Shown one piece after another: positions 12,099 to 26,400 of a stretch of 64,000 nucleotides of DNA. The stretch's first letter is position 1, and each line of letters starts with the position of its first letter. The stretch is from Chrysomallon squamiferum. Its lineage: Eukaryota > Animalia > Mollusca. The position numbers were made by a program, and so were the translations under genes. Below the pieces are notes generated by a model. That model was not told the origin of the DNA. It was given only the letters and a program-made list of their open reading frames with translations, and searched no databases. The DNA is taken from positions 15,686,001-15,750,000 of the forward strand of contig CM022671.1 in NCBI GenBank assembly GCA_012295275.1, given 5' to 3'.

Positions 12099-12605
12099 AA
12101 ACACAAACACACATACACACAAACATAAACATTTTCTTTTGGCAGGTCTCTATCAAGAACTTGCATTCAGGAGCTGACACACACCTTTATTTGGAAGGTT
12201 TTAATAACCCCTGGTATTAATTTAAAACATCCAATTTGCCTTGATCGATCTTGTATTTGTTTCGTCACTCGTTATACTGACACTGACAAATTGCTTAACG
12301 TGTAATTATAAAAAGACGTGTTACCTTAAATACGTGTTTGAAGACAGCTCATTAAAATATTCTTTATTAATCAGCACTGACCAACTTAGATACAATATCT
12401 CGGGTTACTTTTAAAAACTAAAAAAACAAAACAACTAAAAATGAATAAGAGCTGATTACGTAATTGATTAATTCACTTCTATTTCCAGCAAATAATAATG
12501 AGTAACGTCATATTTGTATATTTAATATGGTTTAATACACTGAACAGAGAATAAGTCATTTGTTATTTATTTATATGATTTAATTGTGGATTGCTTTATG
12601 TGTAT

Positions 12606-12690
<85 letters not shown>

Positions 12691-15073
12691 TTTTTTTATA
12701 TTTGTATGTATATATATATATATAAATTCACATATGTACACACACACACACACACATAAATACATATTTATGTACGCCTGTGTACACGATACTTTGTGTG
12801 TGTTTGTGTGCGTGCGTGTAAGAGTACACATTTTTGTGTGTTTATATCTATGAAGCAAATGCGTTTAGTTATTTAGGTAGCATTTTTATTATGACAAATT
12901 TATTTTTCTTGTTGTTCCGACATAATATATGAAACAATATTTAAAAAAAAATTTGTAGCCTACATTTTCTTAGCCTTTTGTTTAACAGTGAAATTTATTA
13001 ATGTGTTTTATTATTATTATTGTTGTTGTTATCGTTATTATTGTTGTTGTGTTAGCTGGATTTGTTAAATGCTACGATTACAAAATATACAGAGCGAAAA
13101 AATTAAGCAAATATTAAATTGTCGTTAACAGCTGATTACTCGTTATGTTCTGTTTTATTCTTCTTTTGTAGTTTTCTAGTGTTTCTCAAGAGAAACAAAA
13201 AAAAAAAAAAAAAAAAACGATTCTTTGAATTCGTATGCTTTCTTTTGTCATTTTTTTTTTTTCCTTTCTTTCTTCCTTCATTTTTTGTTTTCTTTTCCGT
13301 ATTCTTTTCTTTTTCTCTTTTTCATCATTTTTTTTTATCTTTATTATCATACATTTTTTTTTTTTTTTTTTTTTTTTTGGCCGACGGGCAAAACTATACT
13401 TTCACCTTCGTTGTTGCCGCAAGGTTTACAGTGAGTTCTGTTTGTCTCTGCAAACTTTCTAATGACCTTATTAAAACACGGTTCTGCCAGTCTCGAGGTA
13501 TTCTGCCTTTGTCTCTGTGGGAAGTGAAAAATCAGCCGACATTTGACAAGTAACGTTTTGGGTGATGTTACCGTGCCTCGGTGGAAGTACGTTCGTTTAT
13601 GTGGGCGAGGAAATTTAGTCCTATGCAGCAATATTCATTATAATTGTTAACCCAGGGGACTGGCGCTTCTGAAAGCAAACAGACGTAAAAGAATACTGTG
13701 TATGTGGTTAATGGTACTTTAGCAGCTGTTGCTTTTATCCATAACCATAATTTGAAAAATCACGAGTACTTCTTAAAACTTCTGAACTTTGTTATTCTTA
13801 GTTTGATCACGTATTAAACTTGATTATGTCTTTCAACTGTTATTCTTTTAAAGATGTCGAGAGGTTGTTTATTTATTTATATTTTTTAATATTATTATTA
13901 TTTTTCTACTATTGTTATTATTATTTGTATTCAAATCTATCAGCGTTTTAAATCTTTTTAAGTTAGTTTCACAGTTACAATATATATATATATATATATA
14001 TATATACCTCTTTTACTTTGGTTAATATTTCTTACAAAACTTATCTATATGTATATATACGTACATACAACAAAAACCCCACACATCTGTAATTAATATA
14101 TTAATCATTGTTGGTGGCAAATTGTTGTTTTCTGTTGTTTTGAATGGGGTTATTATTTTTATTTTTATATTCCCGATGCGCTTTTGTGTCCTGGGGTGGT
14201 GTGTTATCATTTCATTACTTACTGCCTCTGGCCTCTCTTACAAAAAGCCCAGTAACGAAACATGAACAAAAATAGTTGCAGAAGAGTTCATAAAAGTGAG
14301 AAAAAAATATTAATGATATCCTCCCCAGTTTTTGGCTTATTCAGTTAAATAACACTCGTAAAGGTTATTTATATAAAATTCAAACGTTTGCAATACATTC
14401 AAATATCTATTCATCTTAATTATTGATATAGTTCAGGTATAAAGAGAAAAACCTATGTTCGGCTTCTTCATTCGATATAATAAAAATAAATGGCTATGAT
14501 ATGGAAAAGTAACGAAAATATATCTATGTGAAATGTTCCATGAACTTTGAAATATTGTTTCATGTATTTCATCGAGATTAAAAATTATCTCCAAATGTGT
14601 TATTGCAAAATGCAAATGAAAATACATGTTGTGAATGTATGTACGTATGTGTATGTGTGTGTGTGTGCCTATGAACCTGTGCAAGTATGTCTGTGTGGAT
14701 GCATACATGCATGTTGGTGTGACTATGAGATGAATATATACATGTGTGGGTATAATTATATGATAAGGGTTGATTTAAATAACATTATATATTTAGATTT
14801 AGACTAGTAAACGATCAGCATATGTTCATATTCTCACATCTCACAAAGACACAGTCGCACACATTTAAAAAAAAAGAAGTAAAAAAAAGTCTGAATCCTC
14901 TAATAATTTATAAAAGGTAATAAAATTCCTGATGCAGCCTTATTTCAGTTTTAAACTAAATTCTAAATTGAACTGTATAACATTGTTTATCTGCCATTAT
15001 CAAACAATGAACAAGTACAAGTTGCGACATCTCATTCAGAGAACCAGTCTATTTTAAAACGGGTTTCATCAGG

Positions 15074-15132
<59 letters not shown>

Positions 15133-15381
15133 TACTGTTTTTGTTGCTGTTATTTTTTTTTTTTTTTATTTGAAGTTTTTTTTTTTCGCAAGCTCTAAAA
15201 AATAAACTGGAAATAAAAAAGGAGGTTACTGTTATGTTTTTGTTGTTGGTTTTTTTTTTTTTTTTTTTTTTTTTTCCTGATGCGCTTTTGTTTCTGTGGT
15301 GGGATATTTTCATTTCATTACTTACTGCCTCTGGCCTCTCTTACATTAACAAAAATAGTTGCAGAAGAGTTTATAGAACAG

Positions 15382-15453
<72 letters not shown>

Positions 15454-16931
15454 TGAATTAAGAGAGAGAATTAGGAGAGAGAGAAAAAATATAATAATAA
15501 AAATTAGATCCTGCTTCGGGCCTAAACAAACATGTAATTCAGGTGTCATCTATTTTCATTTATGGTGTATGAAGGAGATGATACATTTGTTGTTTCAGTA
15601 ATTTCAAGATTTTATTAACTCTCCTTGTCACTTCCATTCACAACAAAATCAATAGAAAAGCTTTTTTTTTTTTTTTTTTTTTGTCTTTTTTTTTTTTTTT
15701 TAAATCATCTTGTTTTTTTGTTTTTTGGTTTCCTTTGATAGTAATATGATGTATGAGTTGAATCATTTTAGATATACGCTGTCACGGAATATCGTTAGTA
15801 ACACTGTAATTACGTTTATCTTATACTCACTGGTGGTGAAAGAAATAATTCGTTGCTATGGCCGCCCACGCTTGTTATTATAAAAGAAGAAAAAATATCA
15901 TGAATATTACCAACAGGAAAATGTTGTTACCACTTGATAAAATTGATTCTGCTACATCAATATTACAACGCACGTGTATGGACATTTTTAGAAAGTCGGG
16001 AAGGTGTAATCACGTTAAATCTGCGGATGTAAATTCTGAATAATTCCGAATCCGAAACACGATCCTGGTCTGGAATTCAGAGGAAGACATATGTAAATCT
16101 AGAAATTTTTAAATGATTGTTACTAAGACTTCTTAAATGCATACAATACGTGACACGGTAAAATTTAAACCAGGAACTCTTCATCTTTCTATTAATCACA
16201 ACAAATATGGCCAAAGGCTGACATAGGTCATTTTAACTGGCCCCAGGTTGATCCAGTGTTAATGATTTCAGCGCGGATCTTTTTCTCCCCAAACTAGCGT
16301 TGTCATCAGCCGGAGAATAGTATTGTTTCGTTTAGAAACTCCCATAGAATTCATTCAGTATTGCTTAAAGCAAGATATTGCAAACAGAAAGTAATAACCC
16401 AGACTTTATTATATATTAACAGAAATGACACGAAGTTTAATTTAATAATTCTAACATGTCTGATATTTGAGTAATATTAATAGAAAAGAAAAATGATATT
16501 TTCTGTGATTTCTCATTTATGTGATTTGATGTTAAATTATTTACTGTAAATTACTTTTTGATGACTTTTTTTATTATTTATTTATTTATTTATTTATTAG
16601 AAAACATGTATCTGAAATCGAAAATATTTTATAATGTATTTAATATTTGTAATCTGTCTTTGTACCATTATATGTTAATTTACCCGTTGTATTGATATCA
16701 CGCTTTTGTAGAATATTTTGCTCTGCTCTAAAATTAATACGTATGCACTGTTCATTACATGCACGTGAAATGTTTCCATAAGTCTGACTAGCTTATGGAT
16801 TTTTAAAATTATTATTTCCTAACATTTGATAGCGTTATTAACAAAAATGTCTTAAACATTCAATACTAACCAAAGATATTTAGCAAATAAATTTGTAAAA
16901 AATAGTGAGTGATTCCATAGGCTTTGAAATA

Positions 16932-16976
<45 letters not shown>

Positions 16977-16993
16977 ACTGATATTTACATATA

Positions 16994-17045
<52 letters not shown>

Positions 17046-17162
17046 AATATATTTACGAATACTTGTAAAGATTTCGACCTAACTAATGTTCTTTAGTTGA
17101 TATAGTAATCTACATGTGAATTCGAAATCTGATAATAGAATTCATTTTTAAATCATCAAGTC

Positions 17163-17226
<64 letters not shown>

Positions 17227-17229
17227 CTA

Positions 17230-17625
17230 TTATTAGTGGATAACTTTGTAAAACTTTATAAACCCATTATTTTGATTGGTGAAAATTTTGTGTTATGAGT
17301 ATTTAACATTATACATCAGCGGTTTTGATTGGTGGAAAGTTTGTTATTGTCATTGGTTAATATTTAACATTATACGCCAGTGGCTTTGATTGGTTAAAAA
17401 TTAATTTTTATAAATATTAGTGGATAATGTTTAACATTATATATCAAAGTTGTTGATTGGTGAAAAATGTATACTTATCACTCGGTAATGTTTAACATAT
17501 ATAATAAATCAACGATTTTGATTATTGAAAAGTTTCTAATTATCAGCGGATAATGTTTAACATAATAAATCAAAGATTTTGATTGGTGAAAAGTTTATAA
17601 TTATCAATGGATAATGGTGGAAACA
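17230..17625. repeat. Minisatellite, ~58-bp unit, about 7 diverged copies
   Basis: Recurrent ggataatgtttaacattat...ttttgattggtgaaaa motif. Confidence 0.85.
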
Positions 17626-18054
17626 TTGTTATTATTGTCTACCTTTATAAATCTGTTTTAATTGCTAAATATTAAAAGAAACGTTTTGATCTCATAAGAA
17701 GTGTTAAATAATTATAACTACTGTAACGAGGATAATTAATCTAGGTTTGTTGTATAGGAGAATTTGGATTTTTAAATGCACAAAAGAAGATGCCACCATG
17801 TTATGGAGGACCTGATCCCGAAACCAAAAGCATCATGTAGCTTTCCTCATTAATAATGTGTGTGTATGTCAGCCTGTAAGCTGCATTAATGTCGTCCACA
17901 CTTTATCACTAAAGGTTCTCAGTCATGTTTTAGGGTAGCCTTTAACATGTCTTAGTTACAAGATATTAATATCCTGTTTTATGTACAATAAATTATTTTC
18001 CTTCTCCTTAAAACTGAATTTATAACGATACATCGATAAAGCAAATTTTGGAAC

Positions 18055-18109
<55 letters not shown>

Positions 18110-19073
18110 GTTGTTGTTATTGTTATTGTTATTGTTATTGTTATTGTTATTGTTATTATTATTATTATTTTTTTTTTTTTAACTTTCGGTAAGTCAGATA
18201 ATGTAGTATACTTATGGAAACTTGACAAATTATATTCTCTTATCTGTTCATAGTTCATGTTAACAAAGTAACTAACTGTATATTTAAAAACACCGTTTAG
18301 CTATCCATTATAGCTAAAAGTATCTTAATATTGATGATGTTGAAATAACTCAAAATGACATCATTACTTTGCATTCTATATTTAAGCTCAACATATCTTT
18401 TACATGTTGACAGTCATTCGTTTTAAGCAAAAACAAATATTTTACGAAACTAATTGTATTATCAATATTTTAATTATCATTATTCAGTTTCTTGCTCAAA
18501 TGTTGAAAATCTAAATAAATAAATAATATGTACCGTGTTCATTAGGGAAAAATAGATAATACAAATTATAATTAGAACCGACATTTTTGAAGATTTTTTT
18601 TAATGCACCTGAAGCAGTCTTCGGAAAATTATATTTCGACACGTCAGATAATAATAGTTCATTCTTAATCTGATTTAGTTATTTATTATATATATATATA
18701 TATATATGCTTTTTTTCTCACAATTTAAACAAAAAAGGTGTTTATAATACTGTTATTAATGAGCCTGCTTATAAATAATTTCATTTCATTAACTTTACTT
18801 AAAATAATGGCAATATTATTTTTATTTAATTTCATTTAATCTTGTTTTATATATAATTTTTTTTTTTTTGTGTTTCTTTTCTTTTTGTTTTAATTATAAA
18901 TGCTGATAATATCTATTAGATTAACGATCCAAAACATTCAAATTATATCTATCTTATCTTTACCGTTATTTATTTATCTTTTTTTAAATGAGATATCTCC
19001 TTTCATGTTTATCCATATTACACCTGCTCAAACAGCTGTTTATTTTACCTTTTTCAGTTTACATTTGTGTGTG

Positions 19074-19177
<104 letters not shown>

Positions 19178-19823
19178 CTATTAATTCAGCTGTTCTATCG
19201 ACAGAACTTAACTAATGAATATTAGTTAACCAAACGTGTCTTTTCTTTGAGAATATTTAATACGTGTTTATGGCGAGTACACTCATCTAAGTAATACCTG
19301 AGAAAGCAGTATTGATTTTCGTCTTCTGATATCTTAAATAATTTTATTTTTGGTATACAAAGACAAATATTTTGTTAAAAAGCACCAACCAGTGCATTCG
19401 ATTTTAAAATATCTATTTTAACCGCACTATTACAACAAACTGCAAGTAAGTGGTTCTGGTGTATTTCATGCTGTTTTCGCTTTGTTTCTAAATGTATTTC
19501 ACTTATTTTTCCGTGCACTGTTAATGCATTTGTTGTTGTTTTTCTTTGTCATTAAAGTCATTGAGTTCACACATGTTGAATCAGAGAATTGTTTGTCGGA
19601 AAGACACAGTTAATATCACATTCCGCTCACATTGAATTTTGATGTCTAGTACATGTAGTATAAAACTATAGTTGTCATATTAACAGATTTATTTTAACTT
19701 CAAAGCCCTGAGTCAGTTATGTCACTACATTGTTTTATCAGGCTTATTCCTCTGGTTTGATAAATACCTGGACACTTTGTTGGTTTCTTCGGAAAGGACA
19801 AAAAAAAAAAAAAAAAAAAAAAC

Positions 19824-21059
19824 TCACCCGAAGAATGGAATAACTCTATTGCCCAAAGGCATCTTTGTGGTTCGTGGTATGTGGTGAAATTCAGGACAGA
19901 CTCCGTAAAACTGTCCGAGAGGAGCCATCATCGAACACACCTCGTACAGTTTGTCCCACGTTAAAGCTGTAATAATGCTGTACCTCGCGATCAAACTGAA
20001 TCCAGTGGAGACGGAGCGAGTGTTGGAAATTATGCCTACGATACTCTTGCCCTCTCTGGAATCGTCCGTGAAGACGGCGGCTCCCGAGAACCCGATGGCC
20101 GAGTCGCAGCGCGTGAGGATCAGGTTCCCGTCCATCATAGCCATGTTGGAGTGAGGCGCACACTCAGACGTCCATAGGTTGGCCACGATGTTGTGAGACA
20201 TGAAACCCAGAAAGTACATGGTGTCTGTGAGAATGTTTGTTTTTGGAACGGATAAAGGCATAAAATGACTTCGCCCTGCCACCCTGATGCTAAGTTTGAC
20301 CACCGCGTAGTCGAACGACTCCCTGACAATCTGAGGTAAAGAATTGGATCGCAACCATTTTGTCGGGATGCTGATTTTTTCAATGTAGTACATTCTAAAT
20401 CCCATGTAACTCGGAACTTCAATTTTTAGCATTTCTAGGTTGTTTTTGAAGTCTTCGCCGTCGTGGACACAGTGAGCAGCAGTGAGCACGTGGTAAGGTG
20501 TGAGCAGTGTTCCTGTACACCCGCTGGAAAGACGCACCACATTAGCGTACGGGTATTTCCGCATCAGTGGCCTGGCCACCAGAGAGCGGTCAGCACTTCC
20601 ATAGAAAAAAGAATTTCTGCTGTAACTGCTTGACCAACGCTTGCGAGGTACAGACGTGTAAGTGTAATCTGCAGAGCGACCTTCGCCAGCAGACCAAGTT
20701 GTGCTTCCGTTTGGCTGGAGTTGTTTTTGTAGTTGCGTTTTCTGTTCTTTGTCAGGTAACAAATTCTTCATATTTTCAATAACTTTATTTAAGACGCATG
20801 TCCTACAATAAGCAGTGGGCATTTTGTCACTCACAGATCTCTCCTTCTTCCAGAATCGCTTGCAGAGTTCATGTTCTTCGTCCAGCAAATTACACAACCA
20901 TTTACGAAAATATCTCACAGAATCGTGCCCGGACGAGTCGTATGGACGGACGGCTATACCTGAATATGAAGGAACTTTGTCGAGGAAAGGAATAACAGCT
21001 AACACATAGCAGTGACCAAATAAACCTACCAATGCATACCACGTTATGGACATTATCAC
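19824..21059 (-). CDS. PRSS23: Secreted trypsin-fold serine protease, PRSS23/PRSS35-like, 411 aa, single coding exon
   Basis: Signal peptide; basic site PRKR before the protease domain; KYPYANVVRLSSGCTGTLLTPYHVLTAAHCVHDG (His), FDYAVVKL (Asp), CDSAIGFSGAAV (Ser). These motifs match the PRSS23/35 family. Strong acceptor with CTAAC branch point ending at 21233 marks a 5'UTR intron. Confidence 0.85.
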   Translation of the reverse strand: MIMSITWYALVGLFGHCYVLAVIPFLDKVPSYSGIAVRPYDSSGHDSVRYFRKWLCNLLDEEHELCKRFWKKERSVSDKMPTAYCRTCVLNKVIENMKNLLPDKEQKTQLQKQLQPNGSTTWSAGEGRSADYTYTSVPRKRWSSSYSRNSFFYGSADRSLVARPLMRKYPYANVVRLSSGCTGTLLTPYHVLTAAHCVHDGEDFKNNLEMLKIEVPSYMGFRMYYIEKISIPTKWLRSNSLPQIVRESFDYAVVKLSIRVAGRSHFMPLSVPKTNILTDTMYFLGFMSHNIVANLWTSECAPHSNMAMMDGNLILTRCDSAIGFSGAAVFTDDSREGKSIVGIISNTRSVSTGFSLIARYSIITALTWDKLYEVCSMMAPLGQFYGVCPEFHHIPRTTKMPLGNRVIPFFG

Positions 21060-22724
21060 CAGTAATCTCTTTGACTCAATCGTTTTGGTTTAGCATCAGA
21101 AGACGTCTTCACATTTGATGGTTCTAAGTTTTTCTGACTGGACTGTTCAGCTACCTGCCTAATCCCATCTTATACTGCAGAACTGCAGTGTCAAAAATCA
21201 TCTTCTCTGACGAATCTTTGTATCACCAAAATCTGCAATATAAATAAAGTAATAAAGGTTTAGATGAAAACAATGTCGTGGTGCATAACAATTTCAATCG
21301 AAGACTGAAAGTGTTCGACATTTAAATCTAGAATTAATTAAACTTATTCAGTTATTTTATTTAAGATAGATTAACATTTGTTTTTAAATCATTTATTTTA
21401 TTACTGTTATTATTTATTATTGTTATTTATTCATTTATTTATTTATTATCATTATTATTATTATTATTTTTTTTTTTTTTTTATCCCCAAGAACATATTC
21501 TGTGTTCTGATTAGAAAATAATTTCATTTATATAATTTCTAATATTTAACTGAAAAGCAAAGTATGGAAATTTTAGTTCATTTTGTTAATAATAACTTAA
21601 TATGAGTAAAAAAAAAAATGTTATGATTTGGTTAAGAACCATAATAATGATTTTCCTCCATTCTTCAAAATATATCTATATAAACTCTATAAAAAAATAC
21701 ATTTTTCCTGTCTATTTACCCATCTTTCTAATATGTAGTTTCCCCAGTAATGAATTTCAACACAGCAGCCTTTACTTAATTTATCTTTCCTATTTAGCAT
21801 TTCGAATTATTACACATAATGAGTCAATACAATTATTATGATCAATATTTTTAATTGATTAAAAACGATAACCGAAACAAACTGTCGTAACGCATTCATA
21901 TAAATCTGTTTGACATTTTACCAATAAATGCAGTGAAAAAGAAAAGAACAATACCAAGAATAAAAAAGACGACAGAAAAGATTGAAATCTATTCTTCTGT
22001 GTAACAAATGATTTTTACCTCGGGAAAGCAATGAAGCGAACCATCCAAACGCGAGATGAATGTGAAAATACACATATGCCTATTGACTGGTAAAGAGAAT
22101 CAAGATGTCACTTGATACACTTCGACGCTACACGCATCAAAAAACCCCATGAGCACACGAAACAAGCACAGTTGAGTATCTGTTATGCAAAGTTGGCTAC
22201 GGGGGTGTTAGCCATTAGACTGGAGTTTATAATGGTTATTTATGATGATTATTTCAAAACTGGATCAGTGTTTAGAGAAAAGAAATCATTTAGTGATGTC
22301 TAAAGAGGAAAACATAAATAATCGTTCAGTTCTTTTATCTAACAGTACTTACATTGTCTTTCTTAAATAACAGTTTCGGACACAAATACGATAGGCTGTT
22401 TTATTTTAATGGTATTTTGAATGTATACTTATTATATCATTATTCTTACTGTAATGTATTTTATATAGTTTCACATAAACTGTTGAATATCCTGAGGAAT
22501 AATAATGCTACCGCTCGCTGTTCATCTTTTCTTTGACTTCAGGTAATTTTCTTACCATTTTTTTTTTTTTTTTTTTTTTTTTGTAGGCAATCATAATAAA
22601 ATAAGACGGTACAGTTCAAAAAGAGAGTGAAATTTCTAAAGTACAGTCACATTTCGAAGTCAGGTTTATGCTGAAAAAAGTACAGATAGATATCTGCATA
22701 AAGAAAATGGTCACGAAATGTATC

Positions 22725-23410
22725 AAAACTGTAGTCAGATTTCTCTGTGACAAAGAGCTGTATATCTTTGTCAATAGATAACCAAATTTTTGTAGAGAGA
22801 GATATCTATGTTAACCAAATTTCTATAGAGAGAGATATCTATGTGACAAAGAGTAAGTCGATATGTATGTAACAAAGAGATATATCTGTGAGCCATATGA
22901 CTATGTGACAAAGAGATATATCTGTGAAACATATGACTATGTGACAAAGAGATATACATGTGAGACATATGACTATGTGACAAAGAGATATATCTGTGAG
23001 ACATATGACTATGTGACAAAGAGATGGTCAGATTTCTGTGTGATAAAGAGAGAGTCAAATACTGACATGCGACACACTGATAGATGTTTATCTGACAAAG
23101 AGATAGTCAGATAGATTTCTATATGACAAACAGATAGGTATATCTATGTAACTAAGAGTCAGATGTATGTGTGACAGAGACATACATCTAACCATAAACT
23201 TAACGCTAATGATATCCATCTGACAAAGATCAACTGATATATCTATGTGAAACAGAATTCTACGTAACAAAAAGATAGTCAGATTTCTACATCTCAAAGA
23301 TTTAAAAAGATATCTATATGACAGAAAAAAGATAGCCAGATATCTGTTTAATATAAAACATAGTCAGACATATTTCACGTTTCAGCTAGCCAGATTCCTA
23401 TGTTAAAGAA
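22725..23410. repeat. Minisatellite with a 36-bp core unit (TATGACTATGTGACAAAGAGATATATCTGTGAGACA) and degenerate flanks
   Basis: 4-5 near-perfect copies at 22863-23025; the ORF track shows the 12-aa period YVTKRYICETYD. Confidence 0.9.
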
Positions 23411-24226
23411 GGTTAATGAAATGTCCACCTACAAACAAATGTTTTCAGATTTCTTTCTGAGTGAGCAAACTTTCGCGGTTTCGTTGAAAACCGTTATATT
23501 GCATTAATTGTGGAGAAAAAAAGAAAAAAAAAGAAAAGCAAAATGGCTCGCACAGGATATTAAATTTGATTATGACAGTATCAATAGCGAGAAAACAATT
23601 ATATTATTTTTAAAAAGTCTATATTTTTGTTTTTAAATCTTGGCATTTATATGAACAAATACAATTAATTTCGACAGGATTTTACAATGTAAAATAAAAT
23701 GTTGTTAAGATGTGAAAAAGGATGGACATTTAGTTGAATAATGCAGTTTATTTTAATGGGCATTAACAATTTTTTTTTTTTTTTTTTTTTATATAATAAT
23801 ATGATTATTAAATACTTTTCAGTTTAAAAATTCTGTATTTGCTTAGTTTTTAGTTAAAAATATTTGGTCTGAAGCGAAAAAAAAAAAATTAAAATTAAAA
23901 TTAAAATATGCAGTACTTAAACATATTTTCATTGCAAAATTAAATCAATTATTTTCCACGATCCTAATGAGCAAGAAATTCAATAATTTTTTTATATTTT
24001 TTAAAAACCGAACGTGTCACCGAATTTAGAAATGAAGAAATTAAGTTAAAGAGCTGCAATCATTTCTTACGAAACACAAAAAAATTGTTATGTTCAAAAA
24101 AATAACACAGTCAAGGGTAAAAAATATGCAGCAGTGCACGTAATTTAGAGAAGTGAGGAAGAATTTTCTCTTTTTCTAGTTGCTATTTTTAACCATCACA
24201 CAATGAAATATTTTTATAGGATGATT

Positions 24227-24288
<62 letters not shown>

Positions 24289-25290
24289 TCTCTATTTCAG
24301 CGATATATTACGATGACGTCTATTTATAGAACTTGTCACTGCTGATGACGTTACTGGCCTGTAACTCAGTGGTTTATTTAAAATTGGTCACAATTAACCA
24401 GCACGCCAGATGGCATTACGTCACGGTGCTAAATTTGCCACATTATGTAATTTTCGTCAGTAATGGTCAATAAATCACATTCTTTCAATCGGAAATAAGC
24501 TATTTTTATAACAATTCTGTACCAGTATGTACCATGTACATACAACCGTTTAATAAACTGATACGGTATTATTTGATACTTTCATAAAACATTGAAAAAG
24601 AAAAAGTTTTATGTTTCCACTATCTTTCACTAGAAAGATTACCAAGAATCCACATAAGTTTGAAATTGTTCTCTGTGTATTGTGTTGTGTTGTACTACAT
24701 GGTGCTGTCTTATATGTGTTGTGTTGTGCTGATTTATGTGTTCTGTACTGCGTTGCCGTGTTGTGTTGTGTTGTGTTGTGTTGTATGGTATGGTCTTGTG
24801 TTGTTTTGTCTGGCGTTTAGACAACTAAAAACAGTCAGCGTCTAACTTCAAAACCAAATGCAAAACACATTTTATATTATGTTGTTATACCATTTTATAA
24901 TCACATCTCATATTATGTTATATTATATTATACATTATTATATTATATTATATAATATTATTTTACATTATGTTATATTATATTATGTTATATTATATTA
25001 TGTCTAGAAGACATGTACATTGTAAAAAAATACTTTTTCATTATTCGAAAAACCAGTCTACTTAGACAGTGTGATTATAATTAATATCTTTGGGCTGTTT
25101 TAAATAATACATGTATTCCATTACTGTTCTTAAAAAACCAGTAGATAAAAAAAAATTATTTATTTTATTAAAATATTTTTGACATTTGCTAAGAATGAAT
25201 GCAAGAGCAAACAAGAACAACATCAATAATAATAATGATAATAATAAATAGAAATTAATAATAATAATAATTATTATTATTATTATTATT

Positions 25291-25329
<39 letters not shown>

Positions 25330-25874
25330 ACTGATATTATTATTTTGACGTAGGTGTGGTAAACATTCCATCTTCATACGAACTTTTAACTTAATTCAAA
25401 CGACTACAGAGCAGACGTATTATCATTCCCCGCGAAAAGAGGCCATGACCGCGACTTTATTTTATAAACAAACACCACTAAGTATATAATGAGAAGTCAC
25501 AATAGGGTCTCCACAGTACTTATTCCAATGTACTGCCCGAGTACATTAGTGTCTGATTAAGCCTCCAATATGTCTGATTACCTGCCGGTACGTTGTGGTT
25601 CATCTACGACATTAGAGAAATAATAAATTAGAAGTTTTTCAGTAAGCCGGCGTGCGGTGGTCTTGTGAGTATAAAATTAATAAATAACGTAATGGAAGAA
25701 AATGAGGTGTAGCTCGCAGTTTAAATATAATCACCATCTCGAGAGCAGTTTTTAATGTAGTTCTGAAATACATTAAAAATTACAAGAACAAAGTTCTGAA
25801 AATAGCTTAATCCTATTCTTTTTCTCGTTTTGAATTTAAGTTAATTTGAAGACCTTGAAATGTCTGTTGTAATC

Positions 25875-25932
<58 letters not shown>

Positions 25933-26355
25933 AATAAAAAGTTCTGAATAAAAAAAAAAATTAATATTAAAGATGAAATGAGTTCAAAATTAAATTGAGA
26001 ATAAAATTATTAGTACTAAACCATTTTGTTCCACAAGTGAAATCATTTCAGCAAAAGATTATTAACAGAATATTAGCAACAAATACTTTTATATAAATTA
26101 TGGTATAATCAATTTTAGCGTTTTTGTTGATACGAAATACTAATACCCACTGACACATTAATCTTAAAACATCATAAAATGAGCTAGTTTTGGCAACAAT
26201 TAAAGGTCTCGATATAGCCTAGAAAGAATATTACAAAATTTTGTAATGAAAATTTGAATTATAGTTTCCTTCTTCGTGCAATAAAGATCATTCTAGATGT
26301 ATTCAAAGATGCATAAGAATATACGTTATGTTTTTGATGACTTTTTTCTTGCTTC

Positions 26356-26400
<45 letters not shown>

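Noticed and set aside
13119-13631. Overlapping ORFs up to 144 aa
   Set aside because: Mostly poly-T/poly-A translation; the GC-richer part lacks recognisable motifs or exon boundaries and is more likely non-coding
22771-23297. ORFs with 12-aa repeats (YVTKRYICETYD / SLSHSHM)
   Set aside because: Simply translations of the 36-bp minisatellite, open on both strands, with no splice or codon evidence
23461-23480. miR-87-like sequence GTGAGCAAACTTTCGCGGTT
   Set aside because: Several mismatches to the mature miRNA as I recall it, and no convincing complementary precursor arm
24356-24378. tRNA/SINE-like start GGCCTGTAACTCAGTGGT
   Set aside because: A-box-like only; no B-box and no cloverleaf
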